Position numbers and translations under genes: made by a program. The notes under the pieces were generated by a model. The model was not told the DNA's origin, ran no database searches, and saw only the letters and a list, made by a program, of their open reading frames with translations. Shown here piece after piece: positions 37,171 through 46,680 of a stretch of 64,000 bases of DNA (position 1 is its first letter; each line of letters begins with the position of its first letter). Source of the DNA: a virus (lineage: Duplodnaviria; Caudoviricetes); the IMG/VR virus record IMGVR_UViG_3300042988_001200. The stretch is one strand, 5' to 3'.

Positions 37171-38202
37171 ATGAGTAATTTCCCCTCTCAGGCTCCCCCT
37201 AATCAATATAATGCTATAACTGGTGAAACTTATAAGTTTCAATCAGCTACTTTAGAAGCAGACCACCCACCTATTAATGATAGTAGTAATAAAGTAGCTA
37301 CTACTGGATGGATACAGAGCTTAATATCTGGAATTCCAATGTGGCCTACTACTTCAGATGCTACAGGAGGTACTGGTCTCCTTATTACTGTTAGTGATGG
37401 TGTAGTTAATAACTTATCAGGGGGCGCTTGTAATATTTCAGCTTCTGTAGCTCCTATAGCTGTTAATGCTAACTCTCAGGAGTATGTCTATGTTAGATTT
37501 AGTGATTGTCAAATTGTTGTATCCACAACACTTCCAAATCCTTCTATAGGTTATGTTATTTCATTGGTTACTACTAATGCTAATAAAATAATAAGTATAA
37601 TTAATTATTCTTCTATTAATTCATTTGCATCTACTATAAGCCCTATATTTACTGGTAATCCACAGGCTCCTACCCCTCCTCTCGGAGACTGTGATAACTC
37701 TATAGCTACTACAGAGTTTGTATGTCAGGCTATACAAGAATTCACTTCTAGTAGTCCTACTTTTACTGGAGACCCTAAAGCTCCTACAGCTCCCCCAGGT
37801 GATTGTGATAACTCTATAGCTACTACAGAATTTGTATGTCAAGCTATATCAAACCTCACCAATCAAATCTCTTATCCTCAGATAATAGATAAAGGGGGAT
37901 TAAATATAAATGTGACTGCTGGGGAGGTTCCTAAACCAGGGGGTTCTATGTGTAATATTACACCTCTACCCTCGGATTTAGGTATTAACCCTTCAACTAT
38001 TGAATACATTTATGTTAGATATAGTGATTGTAGAGTGGTAGCTAGTACATCTCAACCCCTTAATACAGTAGGTTTTATTCTAGGGACTATAGCAACAAAT
38101 GCTACTTCTATTACTCAAATAAGTCAACATGCACCCACTCTCCAATCCTCTTTACTCTCTAAGTTTAAAGTAGGTTTTGGAGGTAATCTAATAATGATTT
38201 AA
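37171..38202 (+). CDS. Tail fibre paralog
   Basis: Two SPxFTGxPxAPTxPxGDCDNSIATTEFVC repeats. Shares the YxRxSDC module and the KVGFGG end with the upstream gene. Confidence 0.75.
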   Translation: MSNFPSQAPPNQYNAITGETYKFQSATLEADHPPINDSSNKVATTGWIQSLISGIPMWPTTSDATGGTGLLITVSDGVVNNLSGGACNISASVAPIAVNANSQEYVYVRFSDCQIVVSTTLPNPSIGYVISLVTTNANKIISIINYSSINSFASTISPIFTGNPQAPTPPLGDCDNSIATTEFVCQAIQEFTSSSPTFTGDPKAPTAPPGDCDNSIATTEFVCQAISNLTNQISYPQIIDKGGLNINVTAGEVPKPGGSMCNITPLPSDLGINPSTIEYIYVRYSDCRVVASTSQPLNTVGFILGTIATNATSITQISQHAPTLQSSLLSKFKVGFGGNLIMI

Positions 38203-38209
38203 TTACTAT

Positions 38210-39337
38210 ATGAGTAAAGAAATATGGCCTATAGTTGTTCAATCTGGGGATTTAGGCGTTGTATCTACAGAAGGTAGATTAAATCCTACTATAGAAGTTC
38301 CTTCTAATATCTATCCTCTAGCTCTAAAGGAAGGGACCTCCTCCTCTAATAATATTGAATATTTATATATAAGATTCTCTGATGGTAAACTTGTAGCTTC
38401 TTCCTATGAACCTGATACTAATGCTGGTAAGGTTGTAGCTATAGCTGAGACTGATACTGATTCTATTGTTAGGATTACTAGTACAGAACCCTCTTTTGAA
38501 TTAGAACCAGAAGTAAAGGTCCTGGCCTTATGTGATACTGTATACAATAGACAAGTAGCTACTCAAGGGTGGGTTAGAAATGAGATAGGCAAGTATATAG
38601 ATAAGAACACACTATTCCCTCAATTACTAAGTTATGATGGATTATATGATAACCAATTAGCTACTACTGAATGGGTTAGAAGTGAGATTATTAAGTTCCT
38701 GGGTTATACCTTTACTGTAATAATTGATACCCCATCTTCCTTATTTTGGAATGAAGGGGAGGTTATTATTAACAATCAACCTTATATAGTACCTCAAGGA
38801 ACCCACTCCTTTGATTTATCCTATAATGGAACCTACTATATTTATGTAACTCTAGACTCTAATACTGTGTCAGTAGAGATAACTTCAGACCCAGAACCAT
38901 CATTTGTTGGTACTAGAATAGGGACTTTAGTTATTAATTTAGGGGTAATTCATTCCTACCAAACTCATCCTAAAGAGGTGCAATCCCCCCCAGTTATACC
39001 TTTAGGGGACTGTAGTTCTACTAATATGACTACTGAATGGATGATTAATACTTGGTTTAGAATGGCATTTGGTATAGAATCTCCTTTAATATCAGTCTCA
39101 GATTATAAGACTATTCTTCATTGGAATAATGGTAGAGTTAGATATCAGGCTTATAGTCAACTAATTAATAGTGGTAGTGCTAATGTAGTTACCTTAGCTG
39201 ATGGAGTTTATAAACTAGTAAGTAGATTAAATGAAACAAACCTATTCTTAGTATCTAATAAACAATATAATGAAATAGAACTAGCTTCTATCATTATAGA
39301 AAATCAACAATTGAAATCAATTTATCCAATAATATAA
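38210..39337 (+). CDS. Tail fibre-related paralog
   Basis: YIRFSDGKLVAS module and ATQGWV, ATTEWV, TTEWM repeats. Confidence 0.65.
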   Translation: MSKEIWPIVVQSGDLGVVSTEGRLNPTIEVPSNIYPLALKEGTSSSNNIEYLYIRFSDGKLVASSYEPDTNAGKVVAIAETDTDSIVRITSTEPSFELEPEVKVLALCDTVYNRQVATQGWVRNEIGKYIDKNTLFPQLLSYDGLYDNQLATTEWVRSEIIKFLGYTFTVIIDTPSSLFWNEGEVIINNQPYIVPQGTHSFDLSYNGTYYIYVTLDSNTVSVEITSDPEPSFVGTRIGTLVINLGVIHSYQTHPKEVQSPPVIPLGDCSSTNMTTEWMINTWFRMAFGIESPLISVSDYKTILHWNNGRVRYQAYSQLINSGSANVVTLADGVYKLVSRLNETNLFLVSNKQYNEIELASIIIENQQLKSIYPII

Positions 39338-39346
39338 TAAATATTT

Positions 39347-41659
39347 ATGCCTTTTCCTATTCCTAATACTGATGAACTTGATTGGTCTATTCCTTTAAAG
39401 AATCATTTAGGACAACTAAATGACCCTGATACTGGGGGTTTTAATGTATGGACTATTACTACTAGACCAACTAATTTAAGCTCTGATAATGTAAATTACA
39501 CAGGGTTTAATTCTCAAACTGGTAAATTTGAGAGATGGGATGGAAGTAAATGGGAAGAGTTTTCTACTCTTTCTTCCTATCCAGATAATTTATTTAGAAC
39601 TGGTACAGGTACTGTTACAGTTAATGATTATATAGTTACAGGTACTGGCACTCTCTTTACTACTGAACTAAAACCTGGGTGTTCTATTGTTATAAATACT
39701 CATAAAAGAATAGTAGCTAAAATAAACTCTAATACTGAATTAGAAATAAACCAACCTATTCTTTTTAATACTATAACTGCTACTTCTACTATTACTACAG
39801 ATGGAGTAAAAATAACTTCTTCAGCTTTACCTTCTATAACTGTTGGTTCCTTTTTAATTATTAGAAATCAATATGTTCAACTAATTAGTAAAAATGGAAC
39901 TACAGGGATTATAAGTCAACCTTTAGTACAGGCTGGGGCTGTTGGAGTAAATCCAATATTAAATGTAGTAAATGAGTCTTTCTCTTATATTTCTGTTTCT
40001 ACTAACACCCCCCAAACCTTTAAATATGATTTACCTATTCTTTCTTTAAAAGGAAGTAATACTAGCGTTACTAGTTCAGATAGAGGTAACTTATCAATTG
40101 GTACTCCTTTATCCTCTAATTTATTAGAGATAAACCAACCTATATTTGTAGCAGGAACTGGTACAATAACTTCCCAGCATTGTTTATTAAGCGGAGTTGG
40201 TACTCAATTTCTTACTCAATTAAATGTAGGAGATACTATCTATACAACTATAAATACTGATGTTCAACCTCTTTATTCTTCAACTCTTAAATACACTAAT
40301 AGAGGGGTTGTAACAGCTTCTTCTATAGTAGTTTCTGTTATTAATAATACTTCTTGTATTATATCTAGACCTTTTAATGCTCATGTACCCTTAGCCACTT
40401 CTAGTTTCTTTATAAAAAAAAGAAATGCTAGTTTTACTATTTGGGACTCTGAAATTGGTTTAAACTCTTCTACAGAGGAACTTTTACCTATAGGAGAAGA
40501 CGCCTCTATAGAGGATTTTACTTCTTCTATAAGGGGTAGAACGGCTCTAGTAGAATTAAATAATACTACATACACTCCCGCTAGAACTTTTTTTATTACA
40601 GACTCTAGTAAGGATTTAGGTGAACAAATAAGAGCATATCTATTACTATATCCCTCAGTAAATATTATCCTTCTTAAGGATACTACTTATACTTGGAATA
40701 CCCAAGTAACTGTAAGTCAAAGCCAAAGTTTAGTTATTAGAACCCAAGATTATTCTAATGGATGGACTCCTACTAATGCAGCTACTATTAATATGAATAG
40801 AAATAGCACTATGGAGTATGTTCTTGGGGGTTCATATCCAGGAACAAGAAAAGTAGTAAGGAAATTAAATTTAGAAGGACCCTGTTATCTACTAGGAGTA
40901 AAAATAAATGAGTCCTCTAATGATAGTATGGCTGTGGGATTCTATACTGGAGACAATGCCATTATTAGTATTGGTAATGGTGGTAGTTTATTTATTAATG
41001 GTTTATCTATTTCCAGTACACAAACTATTATTAATTTCTACTCTAGAAATGAACCAGGGAGTGTTTATATTCTCTGGTCTACTATTGATAAATCCTTACT
41101 AGCTTCTTCTGATATATATGCTGTTGATAGCTATACTGGGTGGAGCGGCTTTAACCTAGGAGGTTCTTATACAGAAGGTACTTCTTTAAGAATTGGTACA
41201 GGATTAGCTGGAGGTACTACTGGAGGTGTCCTATTTAGAGATGCTTCTAATATTATTTATAATAATGTTAGACCTCTTATTACTAAAACAGGTTCATTTG
41301 GTATAGGAATAACTCCTACACAAAGATTACATGTTAATGGTAATGCTCTTATTAGTGGTACTGTTACTTCTGGTTCTGATATTAGATGGAAAGAAAATAT
41401 TAAGGAGATAAACAGTGCTATAGAAGAAATTAATAAAATTAAGACTTATACTTTTAATTGGAAAGATAAAGAGAATAAAGGGAAGGAACTACAAGCTGGA
41501 GTGATAGCTCAAGAGCTAGAGAATACAGCTTTATCCCATCTAGTTTTAGAAGATAACGAAGGATATAAAAGTGTGTCTTATACTGGTATAATTGCTTATT
41601 TAGTTCAAGCTATTAAGGAACTAAATGAAAAACTAACAAACCTAGAGAATAATAAATAA
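39347..41659 (+). CDS. Tail fibre/spike with C-terminal intramolecular chaperone (Peptidase_S74)
   Basis: Two GTGTxT..TGxGTxFxTxL repeats. C-terminus SDIRWKENIKEI...GVIAQELE...SVSY..LVQAIKEL. Confidence 0.85.
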   Translation: MPFPIPNTDELDWSIPLKNHLGQLNDPDTGGFNVWTITTRPTNLSSDNVNYTGFNSQTGKFERWDGSKWEEFSTLSSYPDNLFRTGTGTVTVNDYIVTGTGTLFTTELKPGCSIVINTHKRIVAKINSNTELEINQPILFNTITATSTITTDGVKITSSALPSITVGSFLIIRNQYVQLISKNGTTGIISQPLVQAGAVGVNPILNVVNESFSYISVSTNTPQTFKYDLPILSLKGSNTSVTSSDRGNLSIGTPLSSNLLEINQPIFVAGTGTITSQHCLLSGVGTQFLTQLNVGDTIYTTINTDVQPLYSSTLKYTNRGVVTASSIVVSVINNTSCIISRPFNAHVPLATSSFFIKKRNASFTIWDSEIGLNSSTEELLPIGEDASIEDFTSSIRGRTALVELNNTTYTPARTFFITDSSKDLGEQIRAYLLLYPSVNIILLKDTTYTWNTQVTVSQSQSLVIRTQDYSNGWTPTNAATINMNRNSTMEYVLGGSYPGTRKVVRKLNLEGPCYLLGVKINESSNDSMAVGFYTGDNAIISIGNGGSLFINGLSISSTQTIINFYSRNEPGSVYILWSTIDKSLLASSDIYAVDSYTGWSGFNLGGSYTEGTSLRIGTGLAGGTTGGVLFRDASNIIYNNVRPLITKTGSFGIGITPTQRLHVNGNALISGTVTSGSDIRWKENIKEINSAIEEINKIKTYTFNWKDKENKGKELQAGVIAQELENTALSHLVLEDNEGYKSVSYTGIIAYLVQAIKELNEKLTNLENNK

Positions 41660-42003
41660 TGAAGAAAAATATTAAAGATATATCTGAATTTGGTAATATC
41701 CTAGAATTTCTTAATTCCTTACAAGTAGAAAGTTTCTTTTATGAAAAGGAAGAAGTAAAGGGTTATACTCCTACTCATATGACTAAGGAACTACAAAATT
41801 TAGAAGATAAAAGTTCTAAGTATGTGGAAACTCCTAAAGGAATACAATTACAGATTTCTCCCTCTGAAACTTTGTATCCAGAACTTATGACTACAGACTT
41901 TAATGAGGAACCAACTGTTAGATTAGATTTGATGATACCTCTTCTTCTTCAGGGTATAAAAGAGTTAAATACTAAATTATCTACCTTAAATAAAAATGAG
42001 TAA
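41659..42003 (+). CDS. Stand-alone S74 chaperone-like protein
   Basis: MKKNIKDI..LEFLNSL..FFY...MIPLLLQGIKEL parallels the chaperone domain of the upstream gene. Confidence 0.6.
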   Translation: MKKNIKDISEFGNILEFLNSLQVESFFYEKEEVKGYTPTHMTKELQNLEDKSSKYVETPKGIQLQISPSETLYPELMTTDFNEEPTVRLDLMIPLLLQGIKELNTKLSTLNKNE

Positions 42004-42229
42004 ACAAAAATCATCTATAAATGAAATCCTTGAGTTAAACTCTGGTCTATTTTTAAACCCCAATACTTTTCAAATGATAGAGAGTGTAAAAGATAGAGAC
42101 TTGGAAAGTATATTCTCTATAATTGAGAAACCTTCAAACTGGAAGGAGTTATCGTCTAGAGAAAAGGTTATTTATATTTCAAGAGGAAACAATGGATCTT
42201 ATCTAAGAGAAAGATTATTAAATGAATAA
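41996..42229 (+). CDS. Hypothetical protein
   Basis: 77-aa ORF. Confidence 0.5.
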   Translation: MSKQKSSINEILELNSGLFLNPNTFQMIESVKDRDLESIFSIIEKPSNWKELSSREKVIYISRGNNGSYLRERLLNE

Positions 42230-42253
42230 TAATTCTACTTAATATCTTTTTAT

Positions 42254-42316
42254 TAGATAAAAAGAAATACTCTAGAAGGAAACATGATAAAACCTTCTAG
42301 AGTATTCTTTTATCTA
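42254..42316. terminator. Bidirectional terminator between convergent blocks
   Basis: Core 14-bp stem AATACTCTAGAAGG/CCTTCTAGAGTATT, extended by bulged A/T pairing. Confidence 0.7.
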
Positions 42317-42322
42317 TTCTAT

Positions 42323-42649
42323 TTATTCTTCTACATTAGAATCACCACCTTCATTTCCTAATAATATTTCAATAGCCCTCTGAGTAATAAGGATAAAAGT
42401 ATTATCATTAAGAGCTAGGTACTTAGCCTTAGTCTCACTTAGAACTAAGTGTCTATTAGTCTTATACCCTACTACCTTAACCATACATTTGGTCTTACCA
42501 ATAAAAGTAACAAATCCTACCTCTACAGCCTTGTTATTACGACTCTCTAAAATAATTAGAGAACCCTTTAGTTTATTAAGAGCGGGGGTTAATTCCTCTC
42601 CAATAGAATTAGATAAAGCTAGTTTATTAAGAATTTCATTAAATATCAT
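42323..42649 (-). CDS. Hypothetical protein
   Basis: 108-aa ORF. Confidence 0.5.
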   Translation of the reverse strand: MIFNEILNKLALSNSIGEELTPALNKLKGSLIILESRNNKAVEVGFVTFIGKTKCMVKVVGYKTNRHLVLSETKAKYLALNDNTFILITQRAIEILLGNEGGDSNVEE

Positions 42650-42827
42650 ATATTAAACACTCCTGCATACTTGGATTCATTGTACATAAATATTCTAACC
42701 TATTTTGTTTGGGTAGTTTAGAGAGATATGCAGCATACTCCTCTACAATATCCCAGTCACATGCTAGATTAGATGCTCTAGCCTTCTCTAATAACATAGC
42801 CATCTTTGTATTCTTCATCTTCATCAT
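42639..42827 (-). CDS. Hypothetical protein
   Basis: 62-aa ORF. Confidence 0.4.
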   Translation of the reverse strand: MMKMKNTKMAMLLEKARASNLACDWDIVEEYAAYLSKLPKQNRLEYLCTMNPSMQECLIYDI

Positions 42828-42857
42828 ATTTCTCCTTATTTGATTGAGTATAGCTTT

Positions 42858-43184
42858 TTACTTAAGTAAGAACTTAAGTATTCCTATAATAAGTTCTTTT
42901 TGAGTATTGAACTCTCCTTTTTCTATTAGTTTAGAGAGGGTAGGGTTATTAATAGAATAACTCTTTCTATCTCTATTAGGTATTATGGTGATAGAAAGAG
43001 TTAGATTCTTATTAGGGTTATGCCATTGGTATATAACTCTACTTGTATTAGAGTCTGTAAAACTAGTATCTGGTAATAAATATTCAGATAGAAGTTTAAT
43101 GAACTCTTGACAATCAATCATACTATCCGTCATATCAAGAGTTTCATTCTCTAATTCAGATAGTCTAGGAGATAAGTTATACAT
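42858..43184 (-). CDS. Hypothetical protein
   Basis: 108-aa ORF. Confidence 0.5.
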   Translation of the reverse strand: MYNLSPRLSELENETLDMTDSMIDCQEFIKLLSEYLLPDTSFTDSNTSRVIYQWHNPNKNLTLSITIIPNRDRKSYSINNPTLSKLIEKGEFNTQKELIIGILKFLLK

Positions 43185-43188
43185 TAGA

Positions 43189-43872
43189 TTAATACTTTAA
43201 AGTTAGGTCTATAACTTTATTATATGGTTCTGAACTAGCTTGTTGAGAGATATTAAAAGAGAAACTACCCACTAATTCATACTTCTTTATTAGATTTATT
43301 AAGGACTCAGGAGTGGGAACTGGTTCATTATCTACTAGAATATCCACTTTATCTCCTCCGAATAGACTTCTAACTATAATGCTAGAACCTTTATATTCAT
43401 CACACAGTAATCCTCCTAATATAAAATCTAGAGGGCTAGAGTATATAGAACAGATAGAACTCTCTAGAATTAATGGGTATAAGTTACTAGTATTAGATAT
43501 TTGATAGAAGGGTAGAAGCCATTTAGGTGGTTCAAAGAAGACATCTTCTGCTATGAATATCTTATATTCAGGGTATTCAACATTTAAAATAGACATAGCT
43601 GAATCAATATCTACAGGTTCATCATAGAGATTTTCAATAGGAATTTTATTAGATAAAAGGTGTCCGAACGCTGGTAACTCATTGAATATAGATTTAGTTC
43701 CCTCTTTAATTAACCTATATTGAGCTACTAATTGAGAGTTGTAGTAGCTCAATAAATACGTTTCATAGGTAATGTGATTGTTCCTAGGTACTAGTTTTAT
43801 ATAGTATCTCCAAGTAGTTAAAGAGCTAAACAGAAGACTGGTTACTTGAACTATCTCTTTAGGTATATTCAT
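43189..43872 (-). CDS. Hypothetical protein
   Basis: 227-aa ORF immediately downstream of the VWA gene. Confidence 0.6.
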   Translation of the reverse strand: MNIPKEIVQVTSLLFSSLTTWRYYIKLVPRNNHITYETYLLSYYNSQLVAQYRLIKEGTKSIFNELPAFGHLLSNKIPIENLYDEPVDIDSAMSILNVEYPEYKIFIAEDVFFEPPKWLLPFYQISNTSNLYPLILESSICSIYSSPLDFILGGLLCDEYKGSSIIVRSLFGGDKVDILVDNEPVPTPESLINLIKKYELVGSFSFNISQQASSEPYNKVIDLTLKY

Positions 43873-43874
43873 TT

Positions 43875-45122
43875 CTACATATCCAATAAGTTCATATTAA
43901 TAGAATGACAGTAGGAGGGTAGATTCTCCTGTGTATGGTCCTTTGTAAATACTATTAGAAGGGGAGGTCCATTAAGTTTATAGTATTCAGAAGGAGATAA
44001 GAAGGGACCATAACCATCTGTGAATAAAACAATAACATTAGCTTTTAGTTCCATACAAGCTACTACTTGAGCAGGTATAAAGGAAGTTCCCCCTCTACCA
44101 TTAATAGCTAACTTACCAGAGGATAGAAAATTATCAATAGAATCCTCTGCTTTGATAGGATATACCCCTTGAACAACACAGTCACATACTACTATATGCA
44201 GAGAGCATTTGCAATCTAGTTGAATCTTTTTAATATGTCCTAGAGCTTCTCTAATAGAGATATCAGACATAGACCCACTAGAATCTATTATTACTACTAG
44301 ATTCTTAATAGAGGGGGATGGTTGTTTACCTGGTAGAACAAAGTTATAACTAGAGTTCCTTCTATTAGGTTTATTCCAAGTAGTAATTTTATCATCTCCC
44401 AACTTAGGAACTACAAAGTTGATTAGATGTTTATACCAAGGTTCCTTGGGTGTAGGGATGTTATTGGATAGAATACAATGTAGACTACCAGGAGTTTTAC
44501 CAGCCACCCTATTCTTAAGAGAGTTGGTTATAAATGCTAGGTTTATAGAATCTATAGCCTCTTCATCTTCTATAAACTCTAAGTCATTAGGTAAAAAGTA
44601 ATCAACATCCCCCATAGAATTTAATAGCTCTATTATGGGTTTACTAAGATTACTTTTAATAAGATGAAATAACCTCTCAAAGTTAAATTGAGAAGCTAGC
44701 TCCTCTCTATTTAGTAGGTTTAGAATATCTTTAATAGTAGGAGTTTTCTTATCATTTGGTAATTGAAAGAATTCCTGTCTATATATAAAGCCAGAAGTAG
44801 AGAACTCTAGTACACAAGAGTTAGATATTGCATGAGAAGCTAATAGAGCTATTTCTTTATCTATAGGTTCATTGATTAATTTAAACCCTCTAGAACTATG
44901 GTTAAATAAAATCTGGAAGAGCTCTCTTAAAATAACGGAGCCAATATCCTTAATATTATTAGTTATAAGCGTTTCTCTTTGGATATAGAGATTCTTACCT
45001 ATTACCTTAGTAGGTCCCTCTTGAATCTCTATATTAATAAAAGCTATGAGTTCTACTAATTCTTCTACGTTTGATAGTTCTAGTAGAACTCTACTTAAAT
45101 TAATCTCCTCTATATTCTTCAT
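43875..45122 (-). CDS. DUF2201-like metallopeptidase-fold + VWA protein
   Basis: MIDAS motif IIDSSGSMS, GRGGTSF, FTDGYG, WNKPNRR. The HExxH position reads RELFQ. Confidence 0.8.
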   Translation of the reverse strand: MKNIEEINLSRVLLELSNVEELVELIAFINIEIQEGPTKVIGKNLYIQRETLITNNIKDIGSVILRELFQILFNHSSRGFKLINEPIDKEIALLASHAISNSCVLEFSTSGFIYRQEFFQLPNDKKTPTIKDILNLLNREELASQFNFERLFHLIKSNLSKPIIELLNSMGDVDYFLPNDLEFIEDEEAIDSINLAFITNSLKNRVAGKTPGSLHCILSNNIPTPKEPWYKHLINFVVPKLGDDKITTWNKPNRRNSSYNFVLPGKQPSPSIKNLVVIIDSSGSMSDISIREALGHIKKIQLDCKCSLHIVVCDCVVQGVYPIKAEDSIDNFLSSGKLAINGRGGTSFIPAQVVACMELKANVIVLFTDGYGPFLSPSEYYKLNGPPLLIVFTKDHTQENLPSYCHSINMNLLDM

Positions 45123-45177
45123 ATTTATAATCCTTTTGTAAGATAATGAAGCCCCCTTATATAAGGGGGATTAGACT

Positions 45178-46581
45178 TTATTGATTTAGGTTTAATAAGG
45201 AACCTTTGTTATTAACTACATCCTTAGCCCTTTTTCCAATAGGACTATTATAGAATTCTAATAGTTTCTTATTAACCTCTTTAGAAGTAGGGTCTACTAG
45301 ATTAAATTTAGTAGCAACTAGTCTAATATAAAGAACTGTATACTTAGACCCTACTTCAATAGCTCTAGGATGTAAATCTTTATTACCTTCTAGACCCTGT
45401 TCAAAACAAATGATTGGTACAAGTAGAGCCTTAGTAAGAATCTCCTGAGTATCAATTATAGCTTGAATTCTATAAAAGAGACTGTAAAGAGTTCCTAAAT
45501 CTTTAATATTACTTAATAGTTTAAGAACCTTCTTCTCATCTCCACATAAGAACTCTTCTAATGGAGGGAGTTTACAAATCTTAGTTATATGAGAACTAAA
45601 CATTTGAGTAGTAAAAGTACCTAATCTACCTTCTACACTCTTAAAACACTTCTCAATATCTCCATTACAGTGAGTGATTAACTGACTAACCTTCTCCCAG
45701 CTTCTAGGGGTTGGGAAACAATTAGATTCACGAGTATCAAAGGGATAACCCTCTTCTTTACCATGAATATGATTAGGGTTAGCCATTAAGAAACTAATAA
45801 CTGTATCATGCCAATTATGCTCTGTAGCATAATCAATGACACTAGAGGTTCTACATTCTAGACTAAAATGAGTGACCCTATCTTTAATAGCAGCACTATT
45901 CTGATGAGTATTAGGGACATCATGCTCTACTAAGTTAGCTGCTGCCCACACTACCCATCCTGGTTTAAGCTCATATTCACCAATTCTACGTTCTTGTAAT
46001 AACTGTTGAATAGCTGCTTGAGTATCATAAGTAGCATTAAACAACTCATCAAAGAATAGAATACCCTCCTCTTTATCTAGGTTTAGTAGGTTTCTAATAG
46101 ATTTATTAGTGTTTAATTCTAACCAAACACCTAAATCTAATTCCTTAATATTAGTAAGAAGTGTGTTAATAACTGTAGAAGAGCCTTCTTTTAATACTTG
46201 TAAAGGTTCAATCTGTTCAATTGATTGAAGTAAAAGTTCCTTTATTGGAGTGTTAGTAACCTTATTAGCTAACTCAATAATGAACTTTTTACAGTTGGAT
46301 AAAGCTAGAGATTTGTTCTCTTGAAGGGGTAGGGAGTTAGGAGGACACCATTCTACAGCTCCATCTTTAATAGTAGGAATGCCTCTAAGGTCTAGAGCAT
46401 CTACCTGAGAGAGAATGAATACTTGTAAAGATATGCCCTTAGATAATGCAAAATCACTAATAATAGTAGTTTTACCAATACCAACTGGACCAGTAATTAA
46501 GATAGTTTCCTTTAATTGCCATAACAATTCTAGTTGTTTCTTTAGCTCTTCAACACTGATTTTAGTGATATTGTTATCCAT
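45178..46581 (-). CDS. MoxR-like AAA+ ATPase
   Basis: GPVGIGKT, LFFDE, AANL, AAIKDR, PTPRSWE. Paired with the VWA gene. Confidence 0.88.
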   Translation of the reverse strand: MDNNITKISVEELKKQLELLWQLKETILITGPVGIGKTTIISDFALSKGISLQVFILSQVDALDLRGIPTIKDGAVEWCPPNSLPLQENKSLALSNCKKFIIELANKVTNTPIKELLLQSIEQIEPLQVLKEGSSTVINTLLTNIKELDLGVWLELNTNKSIRNLLNLDKEEGILFFDELFNATYDTQAAIQQLLQERRIGEYELKPGWVVWAAANLVEHDVPNTHQNSAAIKDRVTHFSLECRTSSVIDYATEHNWHDTVISFLMANPNHIHGKEEGYPFDTRESNCFPTPRSWEKVSQLITHCNGDIEKCFKSVEGRLGTFTTQMFSSHITKICKLPPLEEFLCGDEKKVLKLLSNIKDLGTLYSLFYRIQAIIDTQEILTKALLVPIICFEQGLEGNKDLHPRAIEVGSKYTVLYIRLVATKFNLVDPTSKEVNKKLLEFYNSPIGKRAKDVVNNKGSLLNLNQ

Positions 46582-46635
46582 TTTTAACCTTCTTTATTAC
46601 AACTTGTTTGCCTTTAACCCTAGCCAAACCCCCGT

Positions 46636-46675
46636 TAAAGCTCTAGGTATGTAAGAATATATACCTAGAGCTTTA
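46636..46675 (-). terminator. Intergenic hairpin after nrdJ
   Basis: 15-bp stem TAAAGCTCTAGGTAT/ATACCTAGAGCTTTA. Confidence 0.6.
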
Positions 46676-46680
46676 GTTAT

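Noticed and set aside
36660-37850. Diversity-generating retroelement TR/VR pair in the fibre repeats
   Set aside because: No reverse transcriptase in the window. The repeats are short and coding in all copies, and differ mainly at synonymous positions rather than only at adenines.
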